A DNA stretch of 29,099 bases from Flavobacteriales bacterium (GTDB taxonomy: Bacteria; Bacteroidota; Bacteroidia; Palsa-965), in contig JBEIPA010000043.1 in NCBI GenBank assembly GCA_040377305.1, positions 1 to 29,099 on the forward strand, in the 5' to 3' direction. Each line of letters starts with the position of its first letter. Position 1 is the stretch's first letter. A program made the translations under genes and the position numbers. The notes below the pieces were generated by a model. That model made no database searches and was not told the DNA's origin. It saw nothing but the letters and a program-made list of their open reading frames with translations. This document shows, piece by piece, positions 1 to 8,174 of the stretch.

Positions 1-228
1 TACGCAGAATCCTGTTGTAACGAATCCGAATACACAGAATCCGGAAACACAAAATCCAATTACGCAGAATCCTGTTGTAACGAATCCGAATACACAGAAT
101 CCGGAAACTCAAAATCCAAACACACAAAATCCTGTTGTAACGAATCCGAATACACAGAATCCGGAAACACAAAATCCAAACACACAAAATCCTGTTGTAA
201 CGAATCCGAATACACAGAATCCTGTTGT
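1..228 (+). repeat. Coding tandem repeat, 60-bp period built of 15-bp subunits (TQNPV/VTNPN/TQNPE/TQNPN), truncated by window edge
   Basis: Lines starting at 1, 61, 121 and 181 are near-identical copies; in frame within the SPOR protein. Confidence 0.95.
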
Positions 229-2485
229 TGGAAATACAATCGTTGAAGACAACGTGAGCTACACGGATCCTGACGCACAAGCTGCGTTAGGAACCCGCGA
301 TGAACTTCAGGCAGAAGCACAAGTGTATCGCAACCAACAAGACTCTTTGATCGCTGCGGCTGGTCAGGCTGAGGGACAGGAGAGAACCGACCTGATGGCA
401 GAAGCTACTGCGGCGCAACGCAAGGCATGGGAAAAAGATGCAGAGGCGTCTGCTAAACAGGGAGAAGCAACACAAGAGCAGTTCAAAACAAACGATGCTG
501 TATTGGGTACGTATGTTGCCGCAGCTGCTGGTAATTCGAGTGCGAAGGTTGAACAGGCAGGACTTGTTAATGATGAAGCGCGATTGTACCTGACAAAAGC
601 CGAAGAGAAGCGTCGCGAAGCAGAAGTGGCAACAAGTCCTTATGAGCGTAATCGTGCGCTTGATGAAGCGGAGGAATTTGAATTGAAGTCCATCCAGAAA
701 CAACAAGATGCTTTGCGTTTATACCAGGAGGCTGGAGTAACTCCATCAGCGGTTGCACAAAATCCAAACACACAGAATCCAAATACACAGCAGCCGGAAA
801 CACAAACTCCGAACACACAGAATCCTGTTGTAACAAATCCGAACACACAGAATCCAAATACACAGAATCCAAATACACAGCAGCCGGAAACACAAAATCC
901 AAACACACAGAATCCTGTCGTAACGAATCCGAACACACAGAATCCAAATACACAGCAGCCGGAAACACAAACTCCAAACACACAGAATCCTGTTGTAACA
1001 AATCCGAATACACAAAATCCAAATACACAGCAGCCGGAAACACAAACTCCGAACACACAAAATCCTGTTGTAACGAATCCAAATACGCAACAGCCAAACA
1101 CACAACCGGTGGATCCCGGAAACACTTCACGTGTAGCTACCCAACTCAAGCAAGGTGAAACTTTTAAAATCACAGCTCAGCCTAACACGCAACCTATTCC
1201 GGTTGATCCTCCTGTTCCGTCGGGAATCGTGTACAAAGTGCAAGTGGGTGCATTCCGTAATCCAATTCCGGTCGATCAGTTCAAAGGAATTCAACCGTTG
1301 ACTGCCGAGTCAGTTGGTAATGGAATTACACGTTACACCGCAGGACAATTCGTTGACTTCGAAAATGCTGACGCCGCAAAACGTGAAATTCGCGCAATGG
1401 GTTATGCAGATGCTTTTGTTGTTGGTTACAAAGACGGAAAACGAATTTCAGTCGCTGATGCTCGTCGCGAACAAGGCGCTGGAAACAATCCTGTTGTAAC
1501 CAATCCGAACACGCAACAACCAAACACGCAGCAGCCAAATACACAACAGCCGAATACCCAAACACCAGTTGTGACGAATCCTGTCCAGAACGGAGTCGTG
1601 GGACCGAATACACAACAGCCAACTTATCAGAACCAGGCTCCCGCGGTTGATGTTGCAACAACGAAAGAACTCTTCTATACGGTTCAGGTGGGTGTTTATT
1701 CCCGTCCGGTTAGCTCAGCGAAATTGTACAATCTCACCGGCTTGTTCAGCGAGCGTACTCCAAACGGTTATGTTCGTTACGCTGCTGGTAAATACAGCAA
1801 CCTTCAGGCGGCAACGGATGCGAAGAACAACATTGTGAACATCGGCGTGAAAGACGCATTTGTTACGGCGTACTTCGAAGGACAACGCATAACTGTTGAA
1901 CGCGCTGCAGAACTTGAACGTTCAGGAGTTGTGCCGGCAGGATCTGGTGCTGCAAATTCGCAAGGTGGAAATCAAACACCAACTCAACCGCAAGCACCAA
2001 CCTGGCAACCGGATAATCAGACACAACCAGAAACGCAGCCGGTTACTCCACCGGTAACGCAGCCAGTAACTCCGGTGGTAACCCAACCAGTAACACCTGT
2101 TGTAACACAGCCTGTTGTTCAGCCGGAAACACAACCTGTTACACCACCGGTCGACATGACACCGATTCCATTAATTGCGAACACCAAACCAAATATTCCT
2201 GACACCGGATTGATTTTCTGTGTTCAGCTTGGAGCATACCAGCAGTTCGTTCCTATTGCAATGGCCAATCGATTCCTGCTGTTCGCATCGAAAGGTGTTT
2301 CCATTTACCGCGATGCAGATTCCGGTCTTACAGTGTATCAGGTTGGAATTTACGGCAACTACAAAGAGGCCGCTCAGCTCAAAGACGAAGCACTTGCGAA
2401 AGGAATCAATGATGCTTTCATCGTAGCATGGAAAGACGGAGAAAAGATTTCGATGGAAGAAGCACTCAAACTCCGTCCGCAATAA
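2..2485 (+). CDS. 5'-truncated large envelope protein with three C-terminal SPOR-like domains, a helical segment and N/P/T/Q-rich repeat linkers
   Basis: Frame 2 is open from base 2 (TQNPVVTNPNTQNPE...) into ORF 254..2485, so the real start lies upstream of the window. Three similar domains: GIVYKVQVGAF...GYADAFVVGYKDGKRIS (~1223-1470), LFYTVQVGVY...GVKDAFVTAYFEGQRIT (~1670-1920) and GLIFCVQLGAY...GINDAFIVAWKDGEKIS (~2207-2470). The YxVQvGaf start is typical of SPOR domains. Confidence 0.8.
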   Translation, partial: TQNPVVTNPNTQNPETQNPITQNPVVTNPNTQNPETQNPNTQNPVVTNPNTQNPETQNPNTQNPVVTNPNTQNPVVGNTIVEDNVSYTDPDAQAALGTRDELQAEAQVYRNQQDSLIAAAGQAEGQERTDLMAEATAAQRKAWEKDAEASAKQGEATQEQFKTNDAVLGTYVAAAAGNSSAKVEQAGLVNDEARLYLTKAEEKRREAEVATSPYERNRALDEAEEFELKSIQKQQDALRLYQEAGVTPSAVAQNPNTQNPNTQQPETQTPNTQNPVVTNPNTQNPNTQNPNTQQPETQNPNTQNPVVTNPNTQNPNTQQPETQTPNTQNPVVTNPNTQNPNTQQPETQTPNTQNPVVTNPNTQQPNTQPVDPGNTSRVATQLKQGETFKITAQPNTQPIPVDPPVPSGIVYKVQVGAFRNPIPVDQFKGIQPLTAESVGNGITRYTAGQFVDFENADAAKREIRAMGYADAFVVGYKDGKRISVADARREQGAGNNPVVTNPNTQQPNTQQPNTQQPNTQTPVVTNPVQNGVVGPNTQQPTYQNQAPAVDVATTKELFYTVQVGVYSRPVSSAKLYNLTGLFSERTPNGYVRYAAGKYSNLQAATDAKNNIVNIGVKDAFVTAYFEGQRITVERAAELERSGVVPAGSGAANSQGGNQTPTQPQAPTWQPDNQTQPETQPVTPPVTQPVTPVVTQPVTPVVTQPVVQPETQPVTPPVDMTPIPLIANTKPNIPDTGLIFCVQLGAYQQFVPIAMANRFLLFASKGVSIYRDADSGLTVYQVGIYGNYKEAAQLKDEALAKGINDAFIVAWKDGEKISMEEALKLRPQ
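761..1105 (+). repeat. Coding tandem repeat of 23 pentapeptides (NPNTQ/QPETQ/TPNTQ/NPVVT), mostly 75-bp higher-order unit
   Basis: Parsed as 5+6+5+5+2 pentapeptides, each full block ending in NPVVT; 345 bp. Confidence 0.95.
1487..1582 (+). repeat. Short pentapeptide repeat linker between SPOR-like domains 1 and 2
   Basis: NPVVT NPNTQ QPNTQ QPNTQ QPNTQ TPVVT NP. Confidence 0.85.
2024..2150 (+). repeat. Q/P/V/T-rich octapeptide repeat linker between SPOR-like domains 2 and 3
   Basis: QPVTPPVT QPVTPVVT QPVTPVVT QPVVQPET QPVTPP; ~24-bp period. Confidence 0.8.
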
Positions 2486-2497
2486 ACACTTTCCTGA

Positions 2498-2989
2498 ATG
2501 AAAGACAATCCTTTCCTTGAAACTATGCAATCGCATTCAGACCAGAAACTGAAAGAGATTGTCGAAAAGAAGAGAAATGATTTTCAACCCGATGCAATTC
2601 GTGCCGCCGAACACATCCTGCGCAGTCGTAGAATCAAGTTCACGGAGGCAGAGCCCGACGAAATTGTTGAAATGACTTACGATGAAATTCGTGATGACAT
2701 TATTGCCCGTCAACAGAAAGGACAATCGATGGAAAGCATACGCGCATATTACAAGGATTGTGGGGTTGACATTTATTCCAAAGAAATTCTCGGCGAGGAT
2801 GCAGCTCCTGTGCAGAGTTGGAGTTATGCAAAATTGCGTGGTGTGTTTTTCATTGTGGGTGTCGCGGGCGCCGTTTTTGTGAATCTGGCAAAGTGCGGTG
2901 ATAAGACACTACTGAACATCATTGTTGGAATAATTGTCCTTATTGGGGCACTTTGGTTCATTTCATCATTCCGGAAAGGCAGTAAATAG
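2498..2989 (+). CDS. Hypothetical protein with two C-terminal transmembrane helices
   Basis: 163 aa, 12 bp after the upstream stop; hydrophobic GVFFIVGVAGAVFVNL and LLNIIVGIIVLIGALWFIS. Confidence 0.75.
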   Translation: MKDNPFLETMQSHSDQKLKEIVEKKRNDFQPDAIRAAEHILRSRRIKFTEAEPDEIVEMTYDEIRDDIIARQQKGQSMESIRAYYKDCGVDIYSKEILGEDAAPVQSWSYAKLRGVFFIVGVAGAVFVNLAKCGDKTLLNIIVGIIVLIGALWFISSFRKGSK

Positions 2990-3036
2990 GCGTTTTTGTC
3001 GTCAATATCTCCTGAACTAGTCTGGCTCGATTTTCG

Positions 3037-3044
3037 TAAATTTG
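3037..3044 (+). promoter_or_regulatory. Bacteroidota sigma70-type -7 box (TAAATTTG) for clpS-M48
   Basis: Exact TAnnTTTG match, 7 nt before ATG 3052; no clear -33 box. Confidence 0.6.
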
Positions 3045-3051
3045 TACTCTA

Positions 3052-3342
3052 ATGAACGCAATGTTTAACCATACCGGAACTGAAACTGATACACTCGTTC
3101 TTACCAAAGAGCAAGTAAAGGAGTACAATGACCTCATTCTTTGGAACGATGATGTAAATACATTCGATCACGTAATTAATACGTTGATGGAATTGTGTGA
3201 CCACGACGAAGACCAGGCTCATCAGTGTGCGCTTATCGTTCACAACAATGGCAAGTGTAGTGTGAAGCGTGGTGATTATGAAACACTTCGCCCAATCTGC
3301 ACCGCTATCCTCGACAGAGGGATTTCGGCAACAATCGATTAA
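3052..3342 (+). CDS. clpS: ATP-dependent Clp protease adaptor ClpS
   Basis: LILWNDDVNTFDHVINTL...QAHQCALIVHNNGKCSVKRG matches the ClpS NDD and VHxxGK motifs; alternative start 3061. Confidence 0.93.
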   Translation: MNAMFNHTGTETDTLVLTKEQVKEYNDLILWNDDVNTFDHVINTLMELCDHDEDQAHQCALIVHNNGKCSVKRGDYETLRPICTAILDRGISATID

Positions 3343-3345
3343 CCC

Positions 3346-4143
3346 ATGAAGATCAAGCACTATTTTTTCAGCGCAATAGCGTTGCTGTTTATATACTCGT
3401 GTACGAAGGTTCCCATTACGGGACGTCGACAGATGAAACTGCTTCCCGAAACGAAGCTTATCGGAATGGCGAATACCGAGTATCTTAAGTTTCTTGCAGC
3501 GAATCCTGCCTTGCCTGCAACCGACTCGAGTGTAATTCTCGTGCGGAAAGTGGGATACAAGATATCGGCAGAAATAACGAAATTTCTCGCAACTCAGAAA
3601 CAGTCTAAACGTCTGACTGGGTACAAGTGGGAATTCAACGTAATCAGAAGTAACACGGTGAATGCATGGTGTATGCCTGGTGGAAAAGTTGTGGTTTACA
3701 CCGGACTTTTACCAGTGACTCAAACTGAAGCCGGTCTGGCTGTTGTAATGGGACATGAGGTTGCACACGCTATTGCACAACACGGCAACGAACGCATGAG
3801 TCAGCAAGTCGCGATTCAAATGGGAGGTACTGCTCTTGCTGTTGCTATGGAAACACAACCTGCACAAACAGCGAACATTTTCAATCAGGTTTATGGCGTG
3901 AGTTCTACACTTGGTGCACTCGCATATTCGCGTAAGCACGAAAGCGAAGCTGACAAACTCGGATTGTGTTTTATGGCGATGGCCGGCTATGATCCGAATG
4001 CTGCAGTTGCATTCTGGGAACGTATGTCAAAGAATGGCGGTTCTTCTGTTCAATTCCTAAGCACGCACCCAAGTGATGCGTCCAGAATCAAGGATATTAA
4101 AGAATACATGCCTAAGGCTATGAAATATTATAAGAAGCCTTAA
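3346..4143 (+). CDS. M48 family zinc metallopeptidase, lipoprotein (LoiP/Oma1-like)
   Basis: Lipobox IYSC, NAWCMPGGKVVVYTG, HEVAH zinc motif, YSRKHESEAD, FLSTHP. Confidence 0.93.
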   Translation: MKIKHYFFSAIALLFIYSCTKVPITGRRQMKLLPETKLIGMANTEYLKFLAANPALPATDSSVILVRKVGYKISAEITKFLATQKQSKRLTGYKWEFNVIRSNTVNAWCMPGGKVVVYTGLLPVTQTEAGLAVVMGHEVAHAIAQHGNERMSQQVAIQMGGTALAVAMETQPAQTANIFNQVYGVSSTLGALAYSRKHESEADKLGLCFMAMAGYDPNAAVAFWERMSKNGGSSVQFLSTHPSDASRIKDIKEYMPKAMKYYKKP

Positions 4144-4182
4144 TTAAGTTTGTCTATATTGTTATTATATAAATAAATTGTT

Positions 4183-4213
4183 TATATTTGAACTGTTATT
4201 AATTTAAACAGTT
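4183..4213 (+). promoter_or_regulatory. -7 box TATATTTG followed by inverted repeat AACTGTT-N9-AACAGTT, probable TA promoter/operator
   Basis: Box 4183-4190, ATTG 21 nt upstream; perfect 7-bp arms at 4191-4197 and 4207-4213 in an AT-rich intergenic region. Confidence 0.55.
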
Positions 4214-4218
4214 TAGCT

Positions 4219-4482
4219 ATGAAGCCCAACAAGAAAACAAAAGCCCAAAAGATCGAAGAGCTACAGGAAATTATCAATAACCTTGATGAAGCTCGTCTCG
4301 ATGCAGTACTAACTCTTTTAGAGTCCAAATCACTAAGAACATACGGTTTTCCTCAAGAAGAACTGTGTATGGTTGCTGAAAGCTTTGAACGCTATGGTCG
4401 CGGAGAAGTTGGTGGCCTTTCTGCTGAAGAATCGGTTCGCAAACTAACTGAGCGTCTCCATAAAATACGCAAGAGGAAGTGA
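4219..4482 (+). CDS. Putative antitoxin (addiction-module component-like)
   Basis: 87 aa with the C-terminal pattern AESFERYGRGEVGGLSAEE seen in ParE-partner antitoxins; GTGA overlap with the toxin gene. Confidence 0.7.
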   Translation: MKPNKKTKAQKIEELQEIINNLDEARLDAVLTLLESKSLRTYGFPQEELCMVAESFERYGRGEVGGLSAEESVRKLTERLHKIRKRK

Positions 4483-4769
4483 AATATCACATCATCGTTT
4501 CTGATGATGTGCATTCACAGTTAGAGCTTTTAATGGAATGGGTTGAAATGAACCGACCTGGTCGCGGAGCTGTTTTTCTAAGAGATTACAAAACTGCTTT
4601 AAAGTCGATCAGAAAGTTCCCGTATGCACATCCTTTGAAAGCTACCGACTATCGCGTCATTCAGTTTGAGCACTTCGAGTATTTATTGGTATACAGAATA
4701 ATCTCGAAGGATATCATTGTAGCCCGGCTCGTTCATTCGAGATCGGGATTTGAGAGAATGTTTGGTTGA
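4479..4769 (+). CDS. Type II TA RelE/ParE family toxin
   Basis: 96 aa: YHIIVSDDVHSQL...IRKFP...YRV...FEYLLVYRI...IIVARLVHSRS, ParE-like layout; GTG start. Confidence 0.85.
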   Translation: MKYHIIVSDDVHSQLELLMEWVEMNRPGRGAVFLRDYKTALKSIRKFPYAHPLKATDYRVIQFEHFEYLLVYRIISKDIIVARLVHSRSGFERMFG

Positions 4770-4778
4770 ATTACATAC

Positions 4779-4808
4779 AAAAGGCTGCATCTGTGATGCA
4801 GCCTTTTT
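4779..4808. terminator. Bidirectional intrinsic terminator
   Basis: Perfect 13-bp IR AAAAGGCTGCATC-tgt-GATGCAGCCTTTT between the convergent toxin and CAP genes. Confidence 0.9.
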
Positions 4809-4829
4809 CGTTTCCCGGGAGAACAATAC

Positions 4830-6053
4830 TCACTCTTCGAGGGTAGTTTCCGCTGAGCCTCCATCAGCTTTCTCTTTCTTCTCTTCTTTCGCCTTCAACC
4901 TTCTCTCCAGGACAACGATATATACCGTGTATTCTGCTTTCACTTTGCGAATCTGAACATCCATTCCAACAGACTTCAGTTCTTCTTGTGATGTACGCTT
5001 CTTGTCGAAGTCAGCCGTTGCATCATTAACGGCCATAGTTGGATCAAACGTATTTGTGTCGTAAACTTTTTTGAAAGTCATCTCCTGCACAACGGTTCTC
5101 ATACGTTTGAAGAATTCAAATCCGTGCGAAGATTTCATGACACGTTTCCTCGTGGTCTTACCGGTATAACGACTCTTTCCTTTTTCTTCTTTCACTCCGG
5201 TAGTTTTGTGGAGTGTCATGTATGCAAGGTGACTCTTCGCAGCTTGTGCCAGTGATTTATCAGAATCAATGTCCAGATAAATCCCGTTAGTCAGTTGTTC
5301 GCGGATTGATTTCTCCATCTGAGAAATACTCAACTTCTTTGCAGGAACTGTCGTGTTGTTAGCTACGTTCGTATTGTTCGCAGTCGTAGTTGGATTCACA
5401 GGACCATCAACAAATTTGTTCGTGCTCGGCTTAACGAATGCAACGGAATTATACGCAGAGCTTCCAGGTTTTCTCGCAAACAAGCTGGTTGCCCATACCT
5501 GGTCGCCTTTGAGAATAAACGCTGTTCCTTCAAGGTATGCAGAACCGGAAAGCATGTTCGCGTTGTGGCCTGGAGATGCCTGCCATTGCTCGAACGAATG
5601 TTGTGCAACACGTTCTGCAATGTCATTCGCATTGTTGCCATTTGCAGAATAGTTGTACAATGCATTCTCCCCGCACCACAACGCTTTACCATTGTCTTTA
5701 GTGACAAATCTGTAACGATCGCCAGGCGATACTCCTGAGAAAGAAGTTGTGCCCGATTTTTCATCGTGACTCAGTTGATTGTTCGCATTCATCCACATGG
5801 AATGATTTCTGCAGGCAAGCCACAAAGAGTCATCCCATGCAAGTGTATTGAGTGATTCCGCAGCGCGATAAGCGTTGATCTTTTGATGAAAGAGATACGC
5901 AGCCAGTCGTTCGATGTACTGGATAGAATCCGATTCGGAATTTTTGACGATTGTTCCTAGCGCGTCTGATTTAGACGGTCTGTGCTGGGCATTTAGTGTG
6001 GACAGTGCAATCAGAGAAAGCAATCCCACGAGAAGGCGACGGGGAATTTTCAT
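4830..6053 (-). CDS. Exported CAP (SCP/PR-1) domain protein with a second degenerate CAP-like domain
   Basis: Signal peptide LNA|Q; INAYRA...LAWD...ACRNHS.WM...LSHD...CGEN...QWQASPGHNANML; after a T/N linker a second SLAQAAKSHLAYM...VGMDV segment. Confidence 0.85.
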   Translation of the reverse strand: MKIPRRLLVGLLSLIALSTLNAQHRPSKSDALGTIVKNSESDSIQYIERLAAYLFHQKINAYRAAESLNTLAWDDSLWLACRNHSMWMNANNQLSHDEKSGTTSFSGVSPGDRYRFVTKDNGKALWCGENALYNYSANGNNANDIAERVAQHSFEQWQASPGHNANMLSGSAYLEGTAFILKGDQVWATSLFARKPGSSAYNSVAFVKPSTNKFVDGPVNPTTTANNTNVANNTTVPAKKLSISQMEKSIREQLTNGIYLDIDSDKSLAQAAKSHLAYMTLHKTTGVKEEKGKSRYTGKTTRKRVMKSSHGFEFFKRMRTVVQEMTFKKVYDTNTFDPTMAVNDATADFDKKRTSQEELKSVGMDVQIRKVKAEYTVYIVVLERRLKAKEEKKEKADGGSAETTLEE

Positions 6054-6311
6054 GGCTCAGGCTATTTACTTGGTTAGCGTAAGATTGCTTCATAGTTGAT
6101 GTATGGCTACCTAACCAAACGAAATATCGTGCCGAAAATTATGATTGTACTTTGAATCGCGTGATCTGTCGAAAACTTACGGCTCTTATTGAGACCGATT
6201 ATTCGAAAATCCGAAGATTTGAAAACGTGAGGTGTACTTGTCGGAAGAAAGGTTTTGTTCAATCAAACCGCTTGATTACGAGCGGAATACGCACTCTGCG
6301 AATTTCGAATT

Positions 6312-7727
6312 TCAAATCATCGAATCTTTTAATTCGAGCAAAACAACGTTCTCTACATGATGCGTTTGCGGAAACATATCAACTGGCTGGACGTTTACAA
6401 TGCGGTACTTTTCACATATAATGGTGAGGTCACGCGCCTGAGATGCGGGGTTACAACTCACGTATACTATGCGTTTTGCTCCGGAGTCTCGCATGCATAT
6501 GCTTACGTCTTCATGCATACCCGCCCGCGGAGGATCAGTGATGATCACATCCGGCTGACCATGTTGTGCGATGAATTCGGGTTTGAAAATATCTTTCATA
6601 TCCGATGCAAAGAATTCGCAGTTAGAAATGGAATTCATCTCCGCGTTGCGTTTTGCATCTTCAATGGCCATTGGAACGAGCTCAATACCGATTACTTTCT
6701 TCGCTTTTGCTGAAACAAACTGCGCGATAGTTCCGGTTCCGGTGTACAGATCGTAAACAATTTCATCGCCTGTAAGCCCTGCATAGTCGCGTGTAACTTT
6801 GTACAGCTCATAAGCCTGCGTCGAATTTGTTTGGTAGAATGACTTCGGCCCAATGCGGAACTTCAGATTTTCCATCGCTTCAAAGATGTGATCTCTTCCG
6901 GCGAAAGTTTTGATATCTAAGTCGAAAATCGTGTCGTTCCCTTTCGGATTAATCACATAGAGTAGGGAAGTGATCTCCGGAAATTTCTGCTGGATTGCCG
7001 ACATCACATCATTGATGGCAGCCTTGTCGTTCTTAAAAAACTGTAAAAGCACCATCGACTCGCCAGTTGTTGCAGTGCGAATAATCAATGACCGCATCAA
7101 TCCGTGCTGATCGCGTATATTGAAATACGGATATCCTTTCTCATACGTATACGCGCGAACAAACTTGCGTACGCTTTCGGAAAGTCCACCCTGCAAATGA
7201 CATTCCTGCAGATCCAGTACTTTATCGAATGCTCCTGCAATGTGAAAACCTAATCCGCTGCGATCTTCAATTTGAATTCCGCTTTCAATTTCTTCGACAG
7301 TCAGCCACTTCTTATCAGAAAATCCGAAGTCGAGCCGGTTGCGGTAATTGTAAACTTCCTTCGACCCCAGAATTTGTGAGACTTCCGGAATTTCAAGCTT
7401 GCCAATGCGAACCAGCGCATCCACAACCTGCTGTTGCTTATACGTAAGCTGCCATTTATAATCGAGGAATTGCCATTTACATCCACCACAGGTTCCGAAG
7501 TGAACACATACGGGAGTTGTGCGCTGCGACGAATACGAATGAAATTTCACCGCTGTTCCTTCCAGAAAACGTCGATGCTTCTTTACAATTTTAATGTCCG
7601 CAACATCGCCCGGCACTGCGTTTGCTATAAACACCACCATGTTATCAATGCGTGCTAAGGATTTACCCTCTGCAGCTGCTGCAGTGATTTCTATATTTTC
7701 GTAAACCGGGAGATTTTTGATTTTCAT
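6312..7727 (-). CDS. rlmD: 23S rRNA (uracil-1939-C5)-methyltransferase RlmD
   Basis: N-terminal TRAM domain, CVHFGTCGGC Fe-S motif, SFYQTN, DLYTGTG, DPPRAG, YVSCNP, DMFPQTHHVE. Confidence 0.96.
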   Translation of the reverse strand: MKIKNLPVYENIEITAAAAEGKSLARIDNMVVFIANAVPGDVADIKIVKKHRRFLEGTAVKFHSYSSQRTTPVCVHFGTCGGCKWQFLDYKWQLTYKQQQVVDALVRIGKLEIPEVSQILGSKEVYNYRNRLDFGFSDKKWLTVEEIESGIQIEDRSGLGFHIAGAFDKVLDLQECHLQGGLSESVRKFVRAYTYEKGYPYFNIRDQHGLMRSLIIRTATTGESMVLLQFFKNDKAAINDVMSAIQQKFPEITSLLYVINPKGNDTIFDLDIKTFAGRDHIFEAMENLKFRIGPKSFYQTNSTQAYELYKVTRDYAGLTGDEIVYDLYTGTGTIAQFVSAKAKKVIGIELVPMAIEDAKRNAEMNSISNCEFFASDMKDIFKPEFIAQHGQPDVIITDPPRAGMHEDVSICMRDSGAKRIVYVSCNPASQARDLTIICEKYRIVNVQPVDMFPQTHHVENVVLLELKDSMI

Positions 7728-7734
7728 TCAGGCG

Positions 7735-7742
7735 CAAAGATA
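7735..7742 (-). promoter_or_regulatory. -7 box TATCTTTG for rlmD
   Basis: Exact TAnnTTTG on the minus strand, 7 nt before ATG 7727. Confidence 0.65.
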
Positions 7743-7761
7743 ACATTACTATATTGCAGTG

Positions 7762-8103
7762 ATGTCAGAAGTAACGGCACCGCCACTCAAACAATTCCTC
7801 ATTCGTCCCTGGATATGGCATTTTGCTATGACCATGACATTTGCGATCATGTTACTCCTGGTGATTCGGCCTCAGTACACGGATAGATCTGCCGATCGGA
7901 TAGATTTTCTCTTGAACCTCGCAATACTGGTTGTATGTTGGGTTCATACACTGCTTATTCTCATCTTCTCCATGCGCCGATTCTCGAGAAAACAAATAGC
8001 TGCGGGCGGTATTTTCCTCGTACATTTTTTTGCATCCGCATTTCTCAGCTTTTACGCGTACATGATGATCAACATCGGATGGGTTTACGCACTAAAGCAC
8101 TAG
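7762..8103 (+). CDS. Small membrane protein with three predicted TM helices
   Basis: Three hydrophobic stretches; fills the gap between rlmD and rocD; ATG 7762 or GTG 7759. Confidence 0.7.
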   Translation: MSEVTAPPLKQFLIRPWIWHFAMTMTFAIMLLLVIRPQYTDRSADRIDFLLNLAILVVCWVHTLLILIFSMRRFSRKQIAAGGIFLVHFFASAFLSFYAYMMINIGWVYALKH

Positions 8104-8174
8104 TTTTTACTACCGTCTCCCGTCTGTCGTCTCCTGACTGTTTCGTATCTTTACACAGCTAAATCCTCAAAAAA

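Noticed and set aside
1-1105. Regular DNA repeats as a possible CRISPR array
   Set aside because: No unique spacers; periods are multiples of 15 bp, in frame within a CDS; no cas genes.
60-1173. Minus-strand ORFs with Cys/Phe/Val-rich repeats (60..320, 567..1130, 640..1173, 746..1105)
   Set aside because: Antisense shadows of the stop-poor pentapeptide repeats.
6152-6421. ORF 6152..6421 and imperfect 13-bp inverted repeat (6212-6224 / 6310-6322) as a MITE
   Set aside because: The ORF overlaps rlmD antisense; the IR is AT-rich low complexity, overlaps the rlmD stop, and shows no target duplication or second copy.
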